Origin: Antedon mediterranea
Taxonomy: Eukaryota > Animalia > Echinodermata
Reading direction: 5' to 3'
DNA length: 64,000 bases
Assembly: GCF_964355755.1 (NCBI RefSeq)
Contig: NC_092679.1
Coordinates: 278,201 to 342,200, forward strand
Of the stretch, positions 1-31,100 are shown one piece after another; position 1 is the first letter of the stretch; each line of letters begins with the position of its first letter. Below the pieces are notes generated by a model. It made no database searches and was not told the DNA's origin. It saw nothing but the letters and a program-made list of their open reading frames with translations. The translations under genes were made by a program, and so were the position numbers.

Positions 1-1050
1 TCTACCTACAACAAAGATTACAGTAATATCAAGGTTATTTCATTGCATTTATAATGTATTAAATCAGGCCATTAGTTATCTCTTACAAAAATGGAAAAAA
101 AATGAAGTTGATATTGCAAGCAATTCAGTTTACGTGCTAATTCTTAAGTACATGCTTGAGAACATTTTGAGAGAATCTTAACTTTTTAGAAAATGAAAAT
201 TAATAGAAATGATGACTGCTTAACTGTATAATTTATAAATTAATTTTTTAAGTTTTATATATCAGTTTCTGCTTTTACCGATTTGTTCTCATACTTAATC
301 AATTTGTTCAAATTGACAAAAAAATGTGCCAATATAGTTTATTTTACAATCTGCTTCAATTTGCCATTTAAAATTCCATCTATTTTATGATATTAATATT
401 TTAATGATTAAATGAGGTAAACAAACTTAGGTAGATTTTAAGTGATTTATGTCATTGCTATTTCATTCATAGAGTTATTGATATTGAGATTGTGTCAAAT
501 ATTTTTCTGTTATTTTTGTCTGGAATGTGTCAGCACATCATAGCAGATGACACTATATTTAGGCATTCAATGGTCTTCAGTTAACTCTATCATATTATAT
601 TAGTACACCAGTTGAAATGTTAGCATTTTGCCCTAGGTTGCAATTTGAATTGATGACAACATGATCTAATATACTGATGACTTCCATTATATAATAATGT
701 TTCATAAATAGGCTTATATGTGTCGAATAGTATAACCTAAAAATGTAGAACATGCTGATAAAGTCTTAAGGTTATTGAACCTTGACCTTTAGAGATGAAT
801 GGATAATAATTCAATCAAGTATCAATAATGAAAGAGTGAAATACATTCCTGTTTAAAGTCTAATATAAAAATATCATTTTGAATATTTGCAAAGTGTTTG
901 ATGACATGACACTTGAATGCATTTATCAAAATGACCTTGTTTTGCTGTTTTTATTAGATTTTATCCTTCTGTTCCGGAATTTTTTAACAATTTTTATCTT
1001 ACATTTGTTCAAAATTAATGCAAAATAAAATGTATTATTTTTATTCGTAG

Positions 1051-19843
<18,793 letters not shown>

Positions 19844-20111
19844 CAGCCCGACTTTTAACACTTTTTACTATTTACTACTGATTAAATTTTTGTAGAGTTC
19901 TCTTGTGAAGAAAGCTTGTCTTGGTCACCATAGATGGGTGGTAGACTGGGTTAATGTATCAATACCAGATTGAAAACAAAAACACAATGATGTCATTGCC
20001 ATTGCAATATCTCTCACAAGTAAAATTTCTCTTCAATGAACATCTTTTGAAAACAATTATTTATTACTCACTCACATACAGTTTGTATGCTGAATATGTA
20101 GCTGCTTATTA

Positions 20112-20370
20112 TCATGAATATATTAATTTGATATGAATATATTAATTTAATATGAATATGTACTACTTATTCATGAATATATTAATTTAATATGAATATG
20201 TACTACTTATTCATGAATATATTAATTTAATATGAATATGTACTACTCATTCATGAATATATTAATTTAATATGAATATGTACTACTTATTTATGAATAT
20301 ATTAATTTAATATGAATATGTACTACTTATTCATGAATATATTAATTTAATATGACTATGTTCTGCTTAT
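20112..20370. repeat. 40-bp AT-rich minisatellite (~6 copies) downstream of the actinin stop, probably in the 3' UTR
   Basis: tcatgaatatattaatttaatatgaatatgtactacttat repeated. Confidence 0.9.
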
Positions 20371-22294
20371 TAATTTACATGGATATGAATATGTAGTACA
20401 TGAATGTATTAACTTAATATGAGTATGTATTACATCCACATTAAAGTATACTTTGTATTATGGTAAATGTCATTCAGGCCTTCGTACTCAATATGACATC
20501 ATTGTAATGAATAATAATAATACTACTGTAATATGTTGAATCAATTTATTGCATCAAACATTGGATAATTCAAAATGATTTGGTTGATTTTTTTTAGTAC
20601 ACATGCACTATTATTATTTACGCTGTAAAAGAAAAGCAAAAAAAAGTTTTAATCTTAGTTATCTTTGTATAGAATGTATAGTATACCACCAATTGTGGAA
20701 TTATGATACTCAGCTTATTTTGATTAATTTAATGAGTTAGAATCGATTGAATTTTAAGATGGTGATAATGCACATCCAAATTTAGGTGAATAACAAAATG
20801 TAATTATGCGTTAATATATTCCACGTACAGAATTAAATGAAAATTATTTCTTGTAATATCATACTACTTTTATCATGGTTTTGTGAAAGTATTTTCTAAA
20901 TGCTATTTGCTGTGCGAGGTCCAGAATTAACGTTTGAATTATAGGTACTAACATAATAAAATTAAAAAAACCCGCCCTCATATTGAAAGGCAACTATGTT
21001 AACCCTATGATACACCTCCCATAGGACTAACATCGGAGAAAGAAAATGCCTGAAGATTGCTGGAATCCATCATTTTATATAGCACCAATCTTGTACAATT
21101 AGTAAACATAGTCTTGTCTTATATAAAAATTAAAAATAAGTTTGTATTTAAAACATCAAACCATTTTATGTTAACGTAGACAAATCGCTTGGAGTTTTTT
21201 TTAAATTAGCAATTTAATATCAAAATACATAAACTCTGTACATTTATCTGTGATTTTGTTATCTTAAAATACATTTTTGATATAATATTGCAATTTATAC
21301 CTCACAGTAGTCAGAAGCCTGATTTCAGCAAAAGTTGGATTTTTGTTAACTTTGTGGAATTAACACATAGTATAGGGATCGGGTTTGTTCTAAAGACAAT
21401 GAATAGTTAAATCAAAATAGTCAAATAAAAAGGTTTTGATTGCAAAGTGATTGAGTGTGATTTTTAAAGTTGTCATTGTCTCATCAATAGGCTCCTAAAT
21501 TTCAGTGCTTGGGTTCTAATTGATGGTTTTTATTTGTTTAAAAAACTAAAAATTGTATCTGCCGTTAAAAATTAGGATTCCAATTTAGAAGTCCAGCGCT
21601 TGAAGAAAATATTACACCTATAGATTGCTGGAAATTGCACTCATTATAATCAACACTACAGCAAATACATATATAGGCGTATATATAGGCATATAACACA
21701 TTCTGGGGTTTCCATCAAAAGGTGGGGGAGGGACTATCTCCCTCAACGACGTAAACTTCGTATATAATATTAATTCAGAATTCCATTTTATGTTTCTGAA
21801 GGGTCAGTCTAATTACCGAAAACAACCAAATAAAAAACGAAAACAACCACAAACACTCGCTTGTTGACAGTTTTAAAGATAATAAATTTTTAGTTTAAAT
21901 TTGTTTTTGAATGTACCATTTTATCGTAGTTATTCACATTAACCAAACAATTATTTGTTCCAAATGTAATTTAAAGCAAATTTGGGTTATAATTACGTTT
22001 CTTTTCTGTTTTTATACATGACTAAATATTGTTTTTTTTGTTACAGAAGTTAATAACTTTTGTATTTGTAAAACACAACAAGAATTCATACTTTGATATG
22101 TCATAATTGTGCAATTGAAATTAAAAAATACTGAATCTGTAAAAGATGATCTGCTTATTAAATAATTTAAATAGAAATGATGTCTAAATAATATTACTTT
22201 ATTATACTAAACAGACTCAATTTCTGTCACTTTAGTTTATTTTATTGCTAAGGTCAAGTCTGGGGGGTCACTTCATCAAGCCATTAACTATTAT

Positions 22295-22456
22295 ACAAAT
22301 AATGAATGTTTATGAGTGCAATGGTACAAATAATGGCACGAGGTGAATGATGAAAGGTTATATCAACGAGGCAAAGCCGAGTTGATATAACCTTTCATCA
22401 TTCACCAAGTGCCATTATTTGTACCATTACACGAATACAAAACATTCATTATTTGT
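22295..22456. repeat. long imperfect inverted repeat (~78-bp arms, ggc-aaa-gcc apex), part of a dispersed element extending to ~22595
   Basis: atggtacaaataatggcac..ggtgaatgatgaaaggttatatcaac pairs with gttgatataacctttcatcattcacc..gtgccattatttgtaccat. Confidence 0.9.
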
Positions 22457-22738
22457 TTTATATAACATCTAAATAACAAACAAAAATGTTTCAAAAAGTA
22501 CTATTTAACGATCGTTGAATAGTGCGTACTATTGCACGCCATGTGACCCACATTCGTCCAATCAAATGACAGGAATTTATATAGGTGTTATATAATACTG
22601 TATATGGATTGTTTTGATTATCTGATAGCAAATTACAGTATTATATATATCGGTCTAGATTGACAGTCAAATGTCTTTTAAAATCCATTTTCTTGATTTT
22701 TGGATATACCAACAGTTAAATAACTGACATATCGATAC

Positions 22739-25700
22739 AGCAACAAATATTGATTGAAGAAAACTGTTTTAATTTACAAGCTGTGAGTTAGGATTATATC
22801 ATTTTCTTCACTTTGATCAGCTAGGCCTTTCGCGCCTTTTTATACGTTTGTTGCTAACGCCGGTAACCAGGGACGCCAAGCATTGTGCTTACCACCATAC
22901 GGTACGTTACGTTTAGTCTTTTGACTAGGCCTATGTTCACTCTCCTCATCTAAATCATTGGCTGTTTGGATATTTTTTTTACAAAACAAACTAGTGCGGA
23001 TTATCACAACAATAATATTTACAGTTACTGTTGGTCGTACTGTAATTTTGTTTTTTGTATCGTGACAACCGATGAAACGCTTGTCTTTGAATGCTTACAT
23101 TTTTAACATAAAACAACGTATTTCCTACTTTGCTCATCATCATGCAGTATAAAGTACAATTTAGAACATTATTCATCCATTTACTATGTATCATAGTAAG
23201 AATATGCACCCTAAGTCAACCGACTTTAGACTTCACTGAAGTCGGACCTGACATCGCAAGCAACTGGTCAGCACCTACCCACATTAAGCAGGATAACTTG
23301 GATTTGAGATCACCACTCTGGCAAATGTACGGTGCAAGCTCTTCGAGATATCCTGTAAAACGTATATTAAGAAAACATCACCACTTAACGTTAAGTTACT
23401 TGATCATTATTGCTGGGGATGTCTCCCTAAATCCTGGACCTCAACAAAAGTCATATTGTGACGTATGCAGTAGAGGATTTAACAAGCGAAGTAAAATCAT
23501 CAGATGCAATGCATGCGACATTAAAACAATACATACAAAGTGCGCCGGTAAGTCATCCTCTTATATTTGCGATATATGCTCCTTGAACTCGCTCCCATGG
23601 TATGATGCAGACTTTCATGAAAATCAGAACCAAGATGTATCGGACGCTAATCAGATTGATCCCCTAGACGATGACATGGACGACATCGCAAAAACAATTA
23701 ACAAACAAGGAATGCATTTTCTTCAACTTAATGTACGATCGCTGATTCCCAAAATATCTGAAATAAGGGAAATCGCATTAAAATCAAAGGCAGCAGTTAT
23801 ATCCATCACCGAGTCTTGGCTAGATGAGACTGTTCCTGATAATGAAGTAAACATAGATAGATATACCTTAGTTCGCAATGATAGATCTTCTCGTAGAGGA
23901 GGTGGAGTATGTATGTATGTGCGTACGGACAAAGCGTTTACCAAGAGAGAAGATTTAATGGACAATAATGTTGAATCAGTATGGATTGAACTCAACCTCC
24001 CGGATACAAAACCAATCGTTGTTGGAACCTATTACCGTCCTCCTGAACAGAATGTCAACAATTTTCTAAACTTTTTCGAAGACACTGTAAATAAAATTAA
24101 CAACCTTGAAACCATCATAAATGGTGATTTTAACATAAATACTAACAGAGATTGTACTCAATCTACGAATTATAAAAATGTTCTCGAATTACTAGGATTC
24201 TCTAACTTGATAAGTGAAGACACTCGTTTTGACAGGAATTCATCCTCATGTTTAGACCATATCCTATGTAATTCTCAAGACAAAATTTCTAATTCCGGTG
24301 TTATAAACACAGGCCTAAGTGATCATATGCTGATATTTTGCACACGCAAATCTTGTAAAGCAAAATACTCATCGCATAAGACCATTTACTCAAGATCATT
24401 TAAACGGTACAACAAAGAGGAATTCCTGTCAAAACTGTCCGAAATAGATTGGACAAACGTTACATCTAAAGTTAATGTTAACGACGCATGGTCGTCATTT
24501 AAGGAAGCTCTTAGCTCCGTCATAAATTGTGTGGCACCCCTTAGAAAGATGAGGGTGAAACAAAGGTCAGATCCATGGTTTAACACAGATATTCTAAATG
24601 ATATACGAACTCGTGATCAATATTTTAATAAATTTAAAAAGAGTAAAATCAAAGAAGATCATGATATGTATTGTAAATTAAGAAACAAGGTCAAGCGCAA
24701 TGTTAAAAAAGCTAAATCAACGTATTTTCGAAATAAAATAATTGAAAATAAAAACAATCCTAAGAAATTATGGCAACATCTTAAGAAATTAGGATATAGT
24801 GAAAAGACGTCTGAACAAGCTAAAGTTGTTTTGGAAATAAATGAATCAAAAATTCACAATCCACAAGAGGTTGCTACACATTTTAATAATCATTTTACCA
24901 ATGTAGCAAGATATCTTGTTGATAAACTTCCACCCATGAGTAACATGTTTAACTATGGTTCCAAAATTGTAAAAGACTTTTATTCTTCAAAAGTTACAAC
25001 TCTTTTTAGCCTTAAACCTGTGTCAGAAGAATTCATTCTTAAACAACTTGAAAGTCTTGACCCTACGAAAAGTACAGGTCTCGATGGGCTACCAGCTAAA
25101 TTCCTTAAAGATGGCGCCGGTGTACTGGCTTCCCCTTTAACGTATTTTATCAATTTGTCAATTAATACAGGAGTTGTTCCGAGTGATTTTAAAATAGCTA
25201 AAGTCATCCCACTGTATAAAAAAAAATGTCGTAAAAATCCAGAAAACTATAGACCCATCAGCGTCTTAAGTGTTGTCTCAAAAATTCTCGAAAGGTCGGT
25301 TCATGTTCAGTTAGAACAGTACCTTGTGGAAAATGATCTTATTTATCAATATCAGTCAGGTTTTCGGCAATTTCATTCTACCGAAAGTACTTTAATTAAT
25401 CTGTTAGACACAATTAAATTAAATAACTCCAAAGGTACACATACTGGTATGGTACTTATAGATTTATGTAAGGCATTCGACACTGTCGATCATGATATAT
25501 TGTGTGAAAAGCTTTTGTTAATGGGCATCACCTCATTAGACTGGTTTCGTTCATATTTGTCAAACAGAAGCCAAATGGTTAAAATCGAAGACTCCTTATC
25601 CGTTCCCATGGATATTTCATGTGGAGTTCCACAGGGTAGCATACTGGGTCCTTTGCTTTTTTTATGTTTCATAAACGATATGGTTGTAAGTATCGACCCT

Positions 25701-26857
25701 GAATGCAAATTGCTGTTATATGCTGATGACAGTGCAATTGTTTTCTGGCACAAAGATCCGACTGTCGTCGCTGATAAACTTAGTAAAGCTCTTGATTCAT
25801 GTAGAGTATGGCTTGTCGATAACAAACTATCTATCAATATCAGTAAAACTGAATCTATCATATTTTGTACCCAAAAACGACTTCAACGTTTACGATCTTT
25901 CAATATTATTTCTCATGGCCTTACTTTAACGGGTTCTAAGTCAGTAAAATATTTAGGTATAGAACTTGATAGTTCTGCCTCTTGTAACAACATCGCCAAA
26001 AGTGTTATAAAAAAGGCGAATAGTAGATTAAGGTATTTATATCGTCAGGCTAGTTGCTTGGACAAAAACACGAAAAAACTGTTATGCTCTGCCTTAATTC
26101 AATGCTTGTTTGATTACTGTGCTTCGACTTGGTATGAAGGTATTGACAAAGTTTTGAAGCAAAAACTACAGACCACTCAGAACAAATTTGTGCGTTTTAT
26201 TTACGGTTTCGGACCACGATCTCATATTGGTCAGAAGGAGTTATCAGACATTGGCATGCTTAAGGTGGAAAGTAGAGTAAAATTTCTCAGGCTTTGTAAT
26301 GTTCATAAAATTGTCAATAACAATGCAGCTCCATATCTATCTGAACATTTCTCACGGACATCCACAATCCACACACATAACACACGCCAACGTAATGTTA
26401 ATCTGGTTTTACCTCTACTTAAAGGAAATAAACAGTCTCATTCTACTTTTTTCTTCTCTGCTATCAAAGACTGGAACGCTCTTCCATCAAACTTAAAATT
26501 AATTTCCAACTTAACTACCTTCAAATCTCATATTAAAAAACATTTTGAACGCAATATTTTATATTTAGAATAATTTTGATAACTATAATGGTCTTGATTA
26601 CGTGCAATTTTTCTCATTTCTTGTTTGCTTTCTCTTTTAATTTTTCTGTTTTACTGGTCTTTATTTTAATGTATATTTATATATTTATAGTTTTATTAAT
26701 GTTGTATTTTCTCTTGTTTGTTATGTGCAATTTGGACCCCATTGGAAATGGGCTGGTTTTTCCGGCCTAATGGGTGTTCCTGATGCTCGTTATTTTGTCT
26801 TTTGTCTGTTTGTTATTTTAATGTTGAGCATCAAATAAATTCAATCAAATTCAATCA
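22739..26857 (+). mobile_element. non-LTR retrotransposon (LINE), CR1/L2 group (Crack/Daphne-like), apparently full length, single ORF
   Basis: intact APE-RT ORF; 3' UTR with ggaccccattggaaat stem-loop, aataaa and short (ttcaatcaa) tail; 5' boundary inferred from a candidate 8-bp TSD atcgatac (22731-22738 / 26858-26865). Confidence 0.85.
23142..26573 (+). CDS. LINE polyprotein: hydrophobic leader, 2A-like motif, PHD finger, APE endonuclease, reverse transcriptase
   Basis: first ATG at 23142 (track starts at TTG 23130); GDVSLNPGP; CxxC..CxxC..HxxC..CxxC; QLNVRSL, ITESWL, GGGV, YRPP, GDFN, LDHI, SDH (APE); YRPIS, QSGFR, KAFDTV, PQGSILGPLLF, YADD, YLG (RT); no stops. Confidence 0.96.
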   Translation: MQYKVQFRTLFIHLLCIIVRICTLSQPTLDFTEVGPDIASNWSAPTHIKQDNLDLRSPLWQMYGASSSRYPVKRILRKHHHLTLSYLIIIAGDVSLNPGPQQKSYCDVCSRGFNKRSKIIRCNACDIKTIHTKCAGKSSSYICDICSLNSLPWYDADFHENQNQDVSDANQIDPLDDDMDDIAKTINKQGMHFLQLNVRSLIPKISEIREIALKSKAAVISITESWLDETVPDNEVNIDRYTLVRNDRSSRRGGGVCMYVRTDKAFTKREDLMDNNVESVWIELNLPDTKPIVVGTYYRPPEQNVNNFLNFFEDTVNKINNLETIINGDFNINTNRDCTQSTNYKNVLELLGFSNLISEDTRFDRNSSSCLDHILCNSQDKISNSGVINTGLSDHMLIFCTRKSCKAKYSSHKTIYSRSFKRYNKEEFLSKLSEIDWTNVTSKVNVNDAWSSFKEALSSVINCVAPLRKMRVKQRSDPWFNTDILNDIRTRDQYFNKFKKSKIKEDHDMYCKLRNKVKRNVKKAKSTYFRNKIIENKNNPKKLWQHLKKLGYSEKTSEQAKVVLEINESKIHNPQEVATHFNNHFTNVARYLVDKLPPMSNMFNYGSKIVKDFYSSKVTTLFSLKPVSEEFILKQLESLDPTKSTGLDGLPAKFLKDGAGVLASPLTYFINLSINTGVVPSDFKIAKVIPLYKKKCRKNPENYRPISVLSVVSKILERSVHVQLEQYLVENDLIYQYQSGFRQFHSTESTLINLLDTIKLNNSKGTHTGMVLIDLCKAFDTVDHDILCEKLLLMGITSLDWFRSYLSNRSQMVKIEDSLSVPMDISCGVPQGSILGPLLFLCFINDMVVSIDPECKLLLYADDSAIVFWHKDPTVVADKLSKALDSCRVWLVDNKLSINISKTESIIFCTQKRLQRLRSFNIISHGLTLTGSKSVKYLGIELDSSASCNNIAKSVIKKANSRLRYLYRQASCLDKNTKKLLCSALIQCLFDYCASTWYEGIDKVLKQKLQTTQNKFVRFIYGFGPRSHIGQKELSDIGMLKVESRVKFLRLCNVHKIVNNNAAPYLSEHFSRTSTIHTHNTRQRNVNLVLPLLKGNKQSHSTFFFSAIKDWNALPSNLKLISNLTTFKSHIKKHFERNILYLE

Positions 26858-26884
26858 ATCGATACCAGAAATAATATTTTGATT

Positions 26885-28141
26885 ATTTGACAGTTACTAT
26901 AGCAAAATTGACATGCGCCTCTGCGCATTTTTATTATACTATAGTAACCATTTATGTCAAAAAATAAAAGGGTCGAAAATCGGCCATTTTTCGCAAATTT
27001 CCCTGTACTATTGTACAGGGATTTTTTCCAAAATTGCCCAAAATATCAAGTTCTTAAAATTCAATTATTATGCTATAAAATTTCTCTATATGATCATATA
27101 TTGCTTTATCATCACCTAGTAGTACCATAGACACCAGTTTTATCGAAAAATAAAAGGGTCGAAAAAAGGCCAAAATATCAAGTTTTTAAAATTCAATTAT
27201 TATGCTATAAAATTGCTCTATATGATCATATATTGCTTTATCATCACCTTATAGTACCATAGACACCAGTTTTATCAAAAAATAAAAGGGTCGAAAAATG
27301 GCCATTTTTAGAAAAAATCCCTGTACAGTACTATAGTACAGGAATTTTTTCCAAAAATGGCCAAAATATAAAGTTTTTAAAATTCAATTATTATGCCATA
27401 AAATTGCTCTATATGATCATATATTGCTTTATCATCACCTTATAGTACCATAGACACCAGTTTTATTGAAAAATTTGTATTATACTATAGTAACCATTTA
27501 TGTCAAAACTGGTTACTATAGCACAATTTACATGCGCAGAACCCATTATTCGCCTCTGCGCATGTTTATTATACTATAGTAACCATTTATGTCAAAAAAT
27601 AAAAGGGTCGAAAATCGGCCATTTTTCGCAAATTTCCCTGTACTATTGTACAGGGATTTTTTCCAAAATTGCCCAAAATATCAAGTTCTTAAAATTCAAT
27701 TATTATGCTATAAAATTTCTCTATATGATCATATATTGCTTTATCATCACCTTGTAGTACCATAGACACCAGTTTTATCGAAAAATAAAAGGGTCGAAAA
27801 AAGGCCAAAATATCAAGTTTTTAAAATTCAATTATTATGCTATAAAATTGCTCTATATGATCATATATTGCTTTATCATCACCTTATAGTACCATAGACA
27901 CCAGTTTTATCAAAAAATAAAAGGGTCGAAAAATGGCCATTTTTAGAAAAAATCCCTGTACAGTACTATAGTACAGGAATTTTTTCCAAAAATGGCCAAA
28001 ATATAAAGTTTTTAAAATTCAATTATTATGCCATAAAATTGCTCTATATGATCATATATTGCTTTATCATCACCTTATAGTACCATAGACACCAGTTTTA
28101 TTGTAAAATTTTTTTTTTTTTTTGAAAAAATCCTTGTACTA
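26885..28141. repeat. palindrome-rich composite repeat (host of the satellite), left part; two ~635-bp tandem copies
   Basis: cgcctctgcgca at 26916 and 27551; internal ~130-180-bp subunits gtaccatagacaccagttttatc..aagggtcgaaaa; hairpins ccctgtac..gtacagg. Confidence 0.9.
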
Positions 28142-31100
28142 TGACTTAGGCAGAAACACAAAAAATATAGTATATTGATATAAACAGTGAGTTAGGCAGA
28201 AATACAAAAAAAAAATTATGACAGACACTTTTGTTATGAGGCTGTCAATATCATCTATATACAAAAAATGCTACCTTTAAGTAACAAAATTTAATAGCAT
28301 CAGCTCTTCGGATTAAAATTAACACTGATGATTTTAGAAAAGGAAAGTAGCAATAAAAGAGAAAGAATTTGTAACAAATGGGTTAAAAAATATACTATAA
28401 AAATGTATTTCTTATTTTATTTTAAAAAACATGAGTCTCCTCTCCTTAATTGCCTAAGTCACACAGCTGACTTAGGCAGAAACACAAAAAACGATCTGAG
28501 CATGTGCAAATGTATATAAAAGTACTCGGATAATGTACAGATGGCAGTATAATGATATAAGCATTGAGTTAGGCAGATCATAAGTCAGCTCTCCTTAATT
28601 GCCTAAGTCACACAGCTGACTTAGGCAGCAACACGAAAAATATAGTATATTGATATAAGCAGTGAGTTAGGCAGATAGTAAGTCAGCTCTGTTAATTGCC
28701 TAAGTCACACAGCTGACTTAGGCAGAAAACACGAAAAATATAGTATATTGATATAAGCAGTGAGTTAGGCAGAAAAACAAAAAAAATATTATGACTGAGA
28801 CACTTTTGTTATGAGGCTGTCAATATCTATATACAAAAAATGCTACCTTTAAGTAACAAAATGTAATATAGCATCAACTCTTCAGATTAAAATTAACACT
28901 GATGATTTTAGAAAAAGAAAGTAGCAATAAGAGAAAGAATTTGTAACAAATGGGGTAAAAAATATTATATAAAAATGTATTTCTTATTTTATTTAAAAAA
29001 TCATGAGTCTCCTCTCCTTAATTGCCTAAGTCACACAGCTGACTTAGGCAGAAACACAAAAAACGATCTGAGCATGTGCAAATGTATATAAAAGCACTCG
29101 GATAATGTACAGAGGGCAGTATAATGATATAAGCAGTGAGTTAGGCAGATCATAAGTCAGCTCTCCTTAATTGCCTAAGTCACACAGCTGAATTAGGCAG
29201 ACACACACAAAATATAGTATATTGATATAAGCAGTGAGGTAGGCAGAAAAAAAAAATTATGACTTAGACACTTTTGTTATGAGGCTGTCGATATCATCTA
29301 TATACAAAAAATGCTACCTTTAAGTAACAAAATGTAATAGCATCAACTCTTCAGATTAAAATTAACACTGATGATTTTAGAAAAAGAAAGTAGCAATAAA
29401 AGAGAAAGAATTTGTAATAAATGGGTTAAAAAATATTATATAAAAATGTATTTCTTATTTTATTTAAAAAATCATGAGTCTCCACTCCTTAATTGCCTAA
29501 GTCACACAGCTGACTTAGGCAGAAACACAAAAAACGATCTGAGCGTGTGCAAATGTATATAAAAGCACTCAGATAATGTACAGAGGGCAGTATAATGATA
29601 TAAGCAGTGAGTTAGGCAGATCATAAATCAGCTCTCCTTAATTGCCTAAGTCACACAGCTGAGTTAGGCAGAAACACGAAAAATATAGTATATTGATATA
29701 AGCAGTGAGTTAGGCAGATCATAAGTCAGCTCTCTTTAATTGCCTAAGTCACACAGCTGACTTAGGCAGAAAAAACGAAAAATATAGTATATTGATATAA
29801 GCAGTGAGTTAGGCAGATCATAAGTCAGCTTTCCTTAATTGCCTAAGTCACACAGCTGAATTAGGCAGACACACAAAAAATATAGTATATTGATATTAGC
29901 AGTGAGTTAGGCAGAAAACAAAAAAAAATTATGACTTAGACACTTTTGTTATGAGGCTGTCGATATCATCTATACAAAAAATGCTACCTTTAAGTAACAA
30001 AATGTAATAGCATCAACTCTTCAGATTAAAATTAACACTGACGATTTTAGAAAAAGAAAGTAGCAATAAAAGAGAAAGAATTTGTAACAAATGGGTTAAA
30101 AAATATTATATAAAAATGTATTTCTTATTTTATTTAAAAAATCATGAATCTCCTCTCCTTAATTGCCTAAGTCACACAGCTGACTTAGGCAGAAACACAA
30201 AAAACGATCTGTGTGTGTGCAAAAATGTATATAAAAGCACTCAGATAATGTACAGAGGGCAGTATAATGATATAAGCAGTGAGTTAGGCAGATCATAAGT
30301 CAGCTCTCCTTAATTGCCTAAGTCACACACCTGACTTAGGCAGAAACACGAAAAATATAGTATATTGATATAAGCAGTGAGTTAGGCAGATCATAAGTCA
30401 GCTCTCCTTAATTGTCTATGTCACACAGCTGACTTAGGCAGAAAACACGAAAAATATAGTATATTGATATCAGCAGTGAGTTAGGCAGATCATAAGTCAG
30501 CTCTCCTTAATTGCCTAAGTCACACAGCTGACTTAGGCAGAAACACAAAAAACGATCTGAGCATGTGCAAATATATATAAAAGTACTCGGATAATGTACA
30601 GATGGCAGTATAATGATATAAGCAGTGAGTTAGGCAGATCATAAGTCAGCTCTCCTTAATTGCCTAAGTCACACAGCTGACTTAGGCAGAAAACACGAAA
30701 AATATAGTATATTGATATAAGCAGTGAGTTAGGCAGATCATAAGTCAGCTCTGTTTAATTGCCTAAGTCACACAGCTGACTTAGGCGGAAAACACGAAAA
30801 ATATAGTATATTGATATAAGCAGTGAGTTAGGCAGAAAAACAAAAAAATATTATGACTGAGACACTTTTGTTATGAGGCTGTCGATATCATCTATATACA
30901 AAAAATGCTACCTTTAAGTAACAAAATGTAATATAGCATCAACTCTTCAGATTAAAATTAACACTGATGATTTTAGAAAAAGAAAGTAGCAATACAAGAG
31001 AAAGAATTTGTAACAAATGGGTTAAAAAATATTATATAAAAATGTATTTCTTATTTTATTTAAAAAATCATCAGTCTCCTCTCCTTAATTGCCTAAGTCA

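Noticed and set aside
23723-26770. Antisense and alternate-frame ORFs within the LINE, and hydrophobic ORF 26576-26770
   Set aside because: These are shadow ORFs of the RT frame. The last one is the T-rich 3' UTR translating to F/L/I by composition.
26913-27757. Duplicated ORFs MRLCAFLLYYSNHLCQK...
   Set aside because: They come from the 635-bp duplicated non-coding host repeat and show no domain features.
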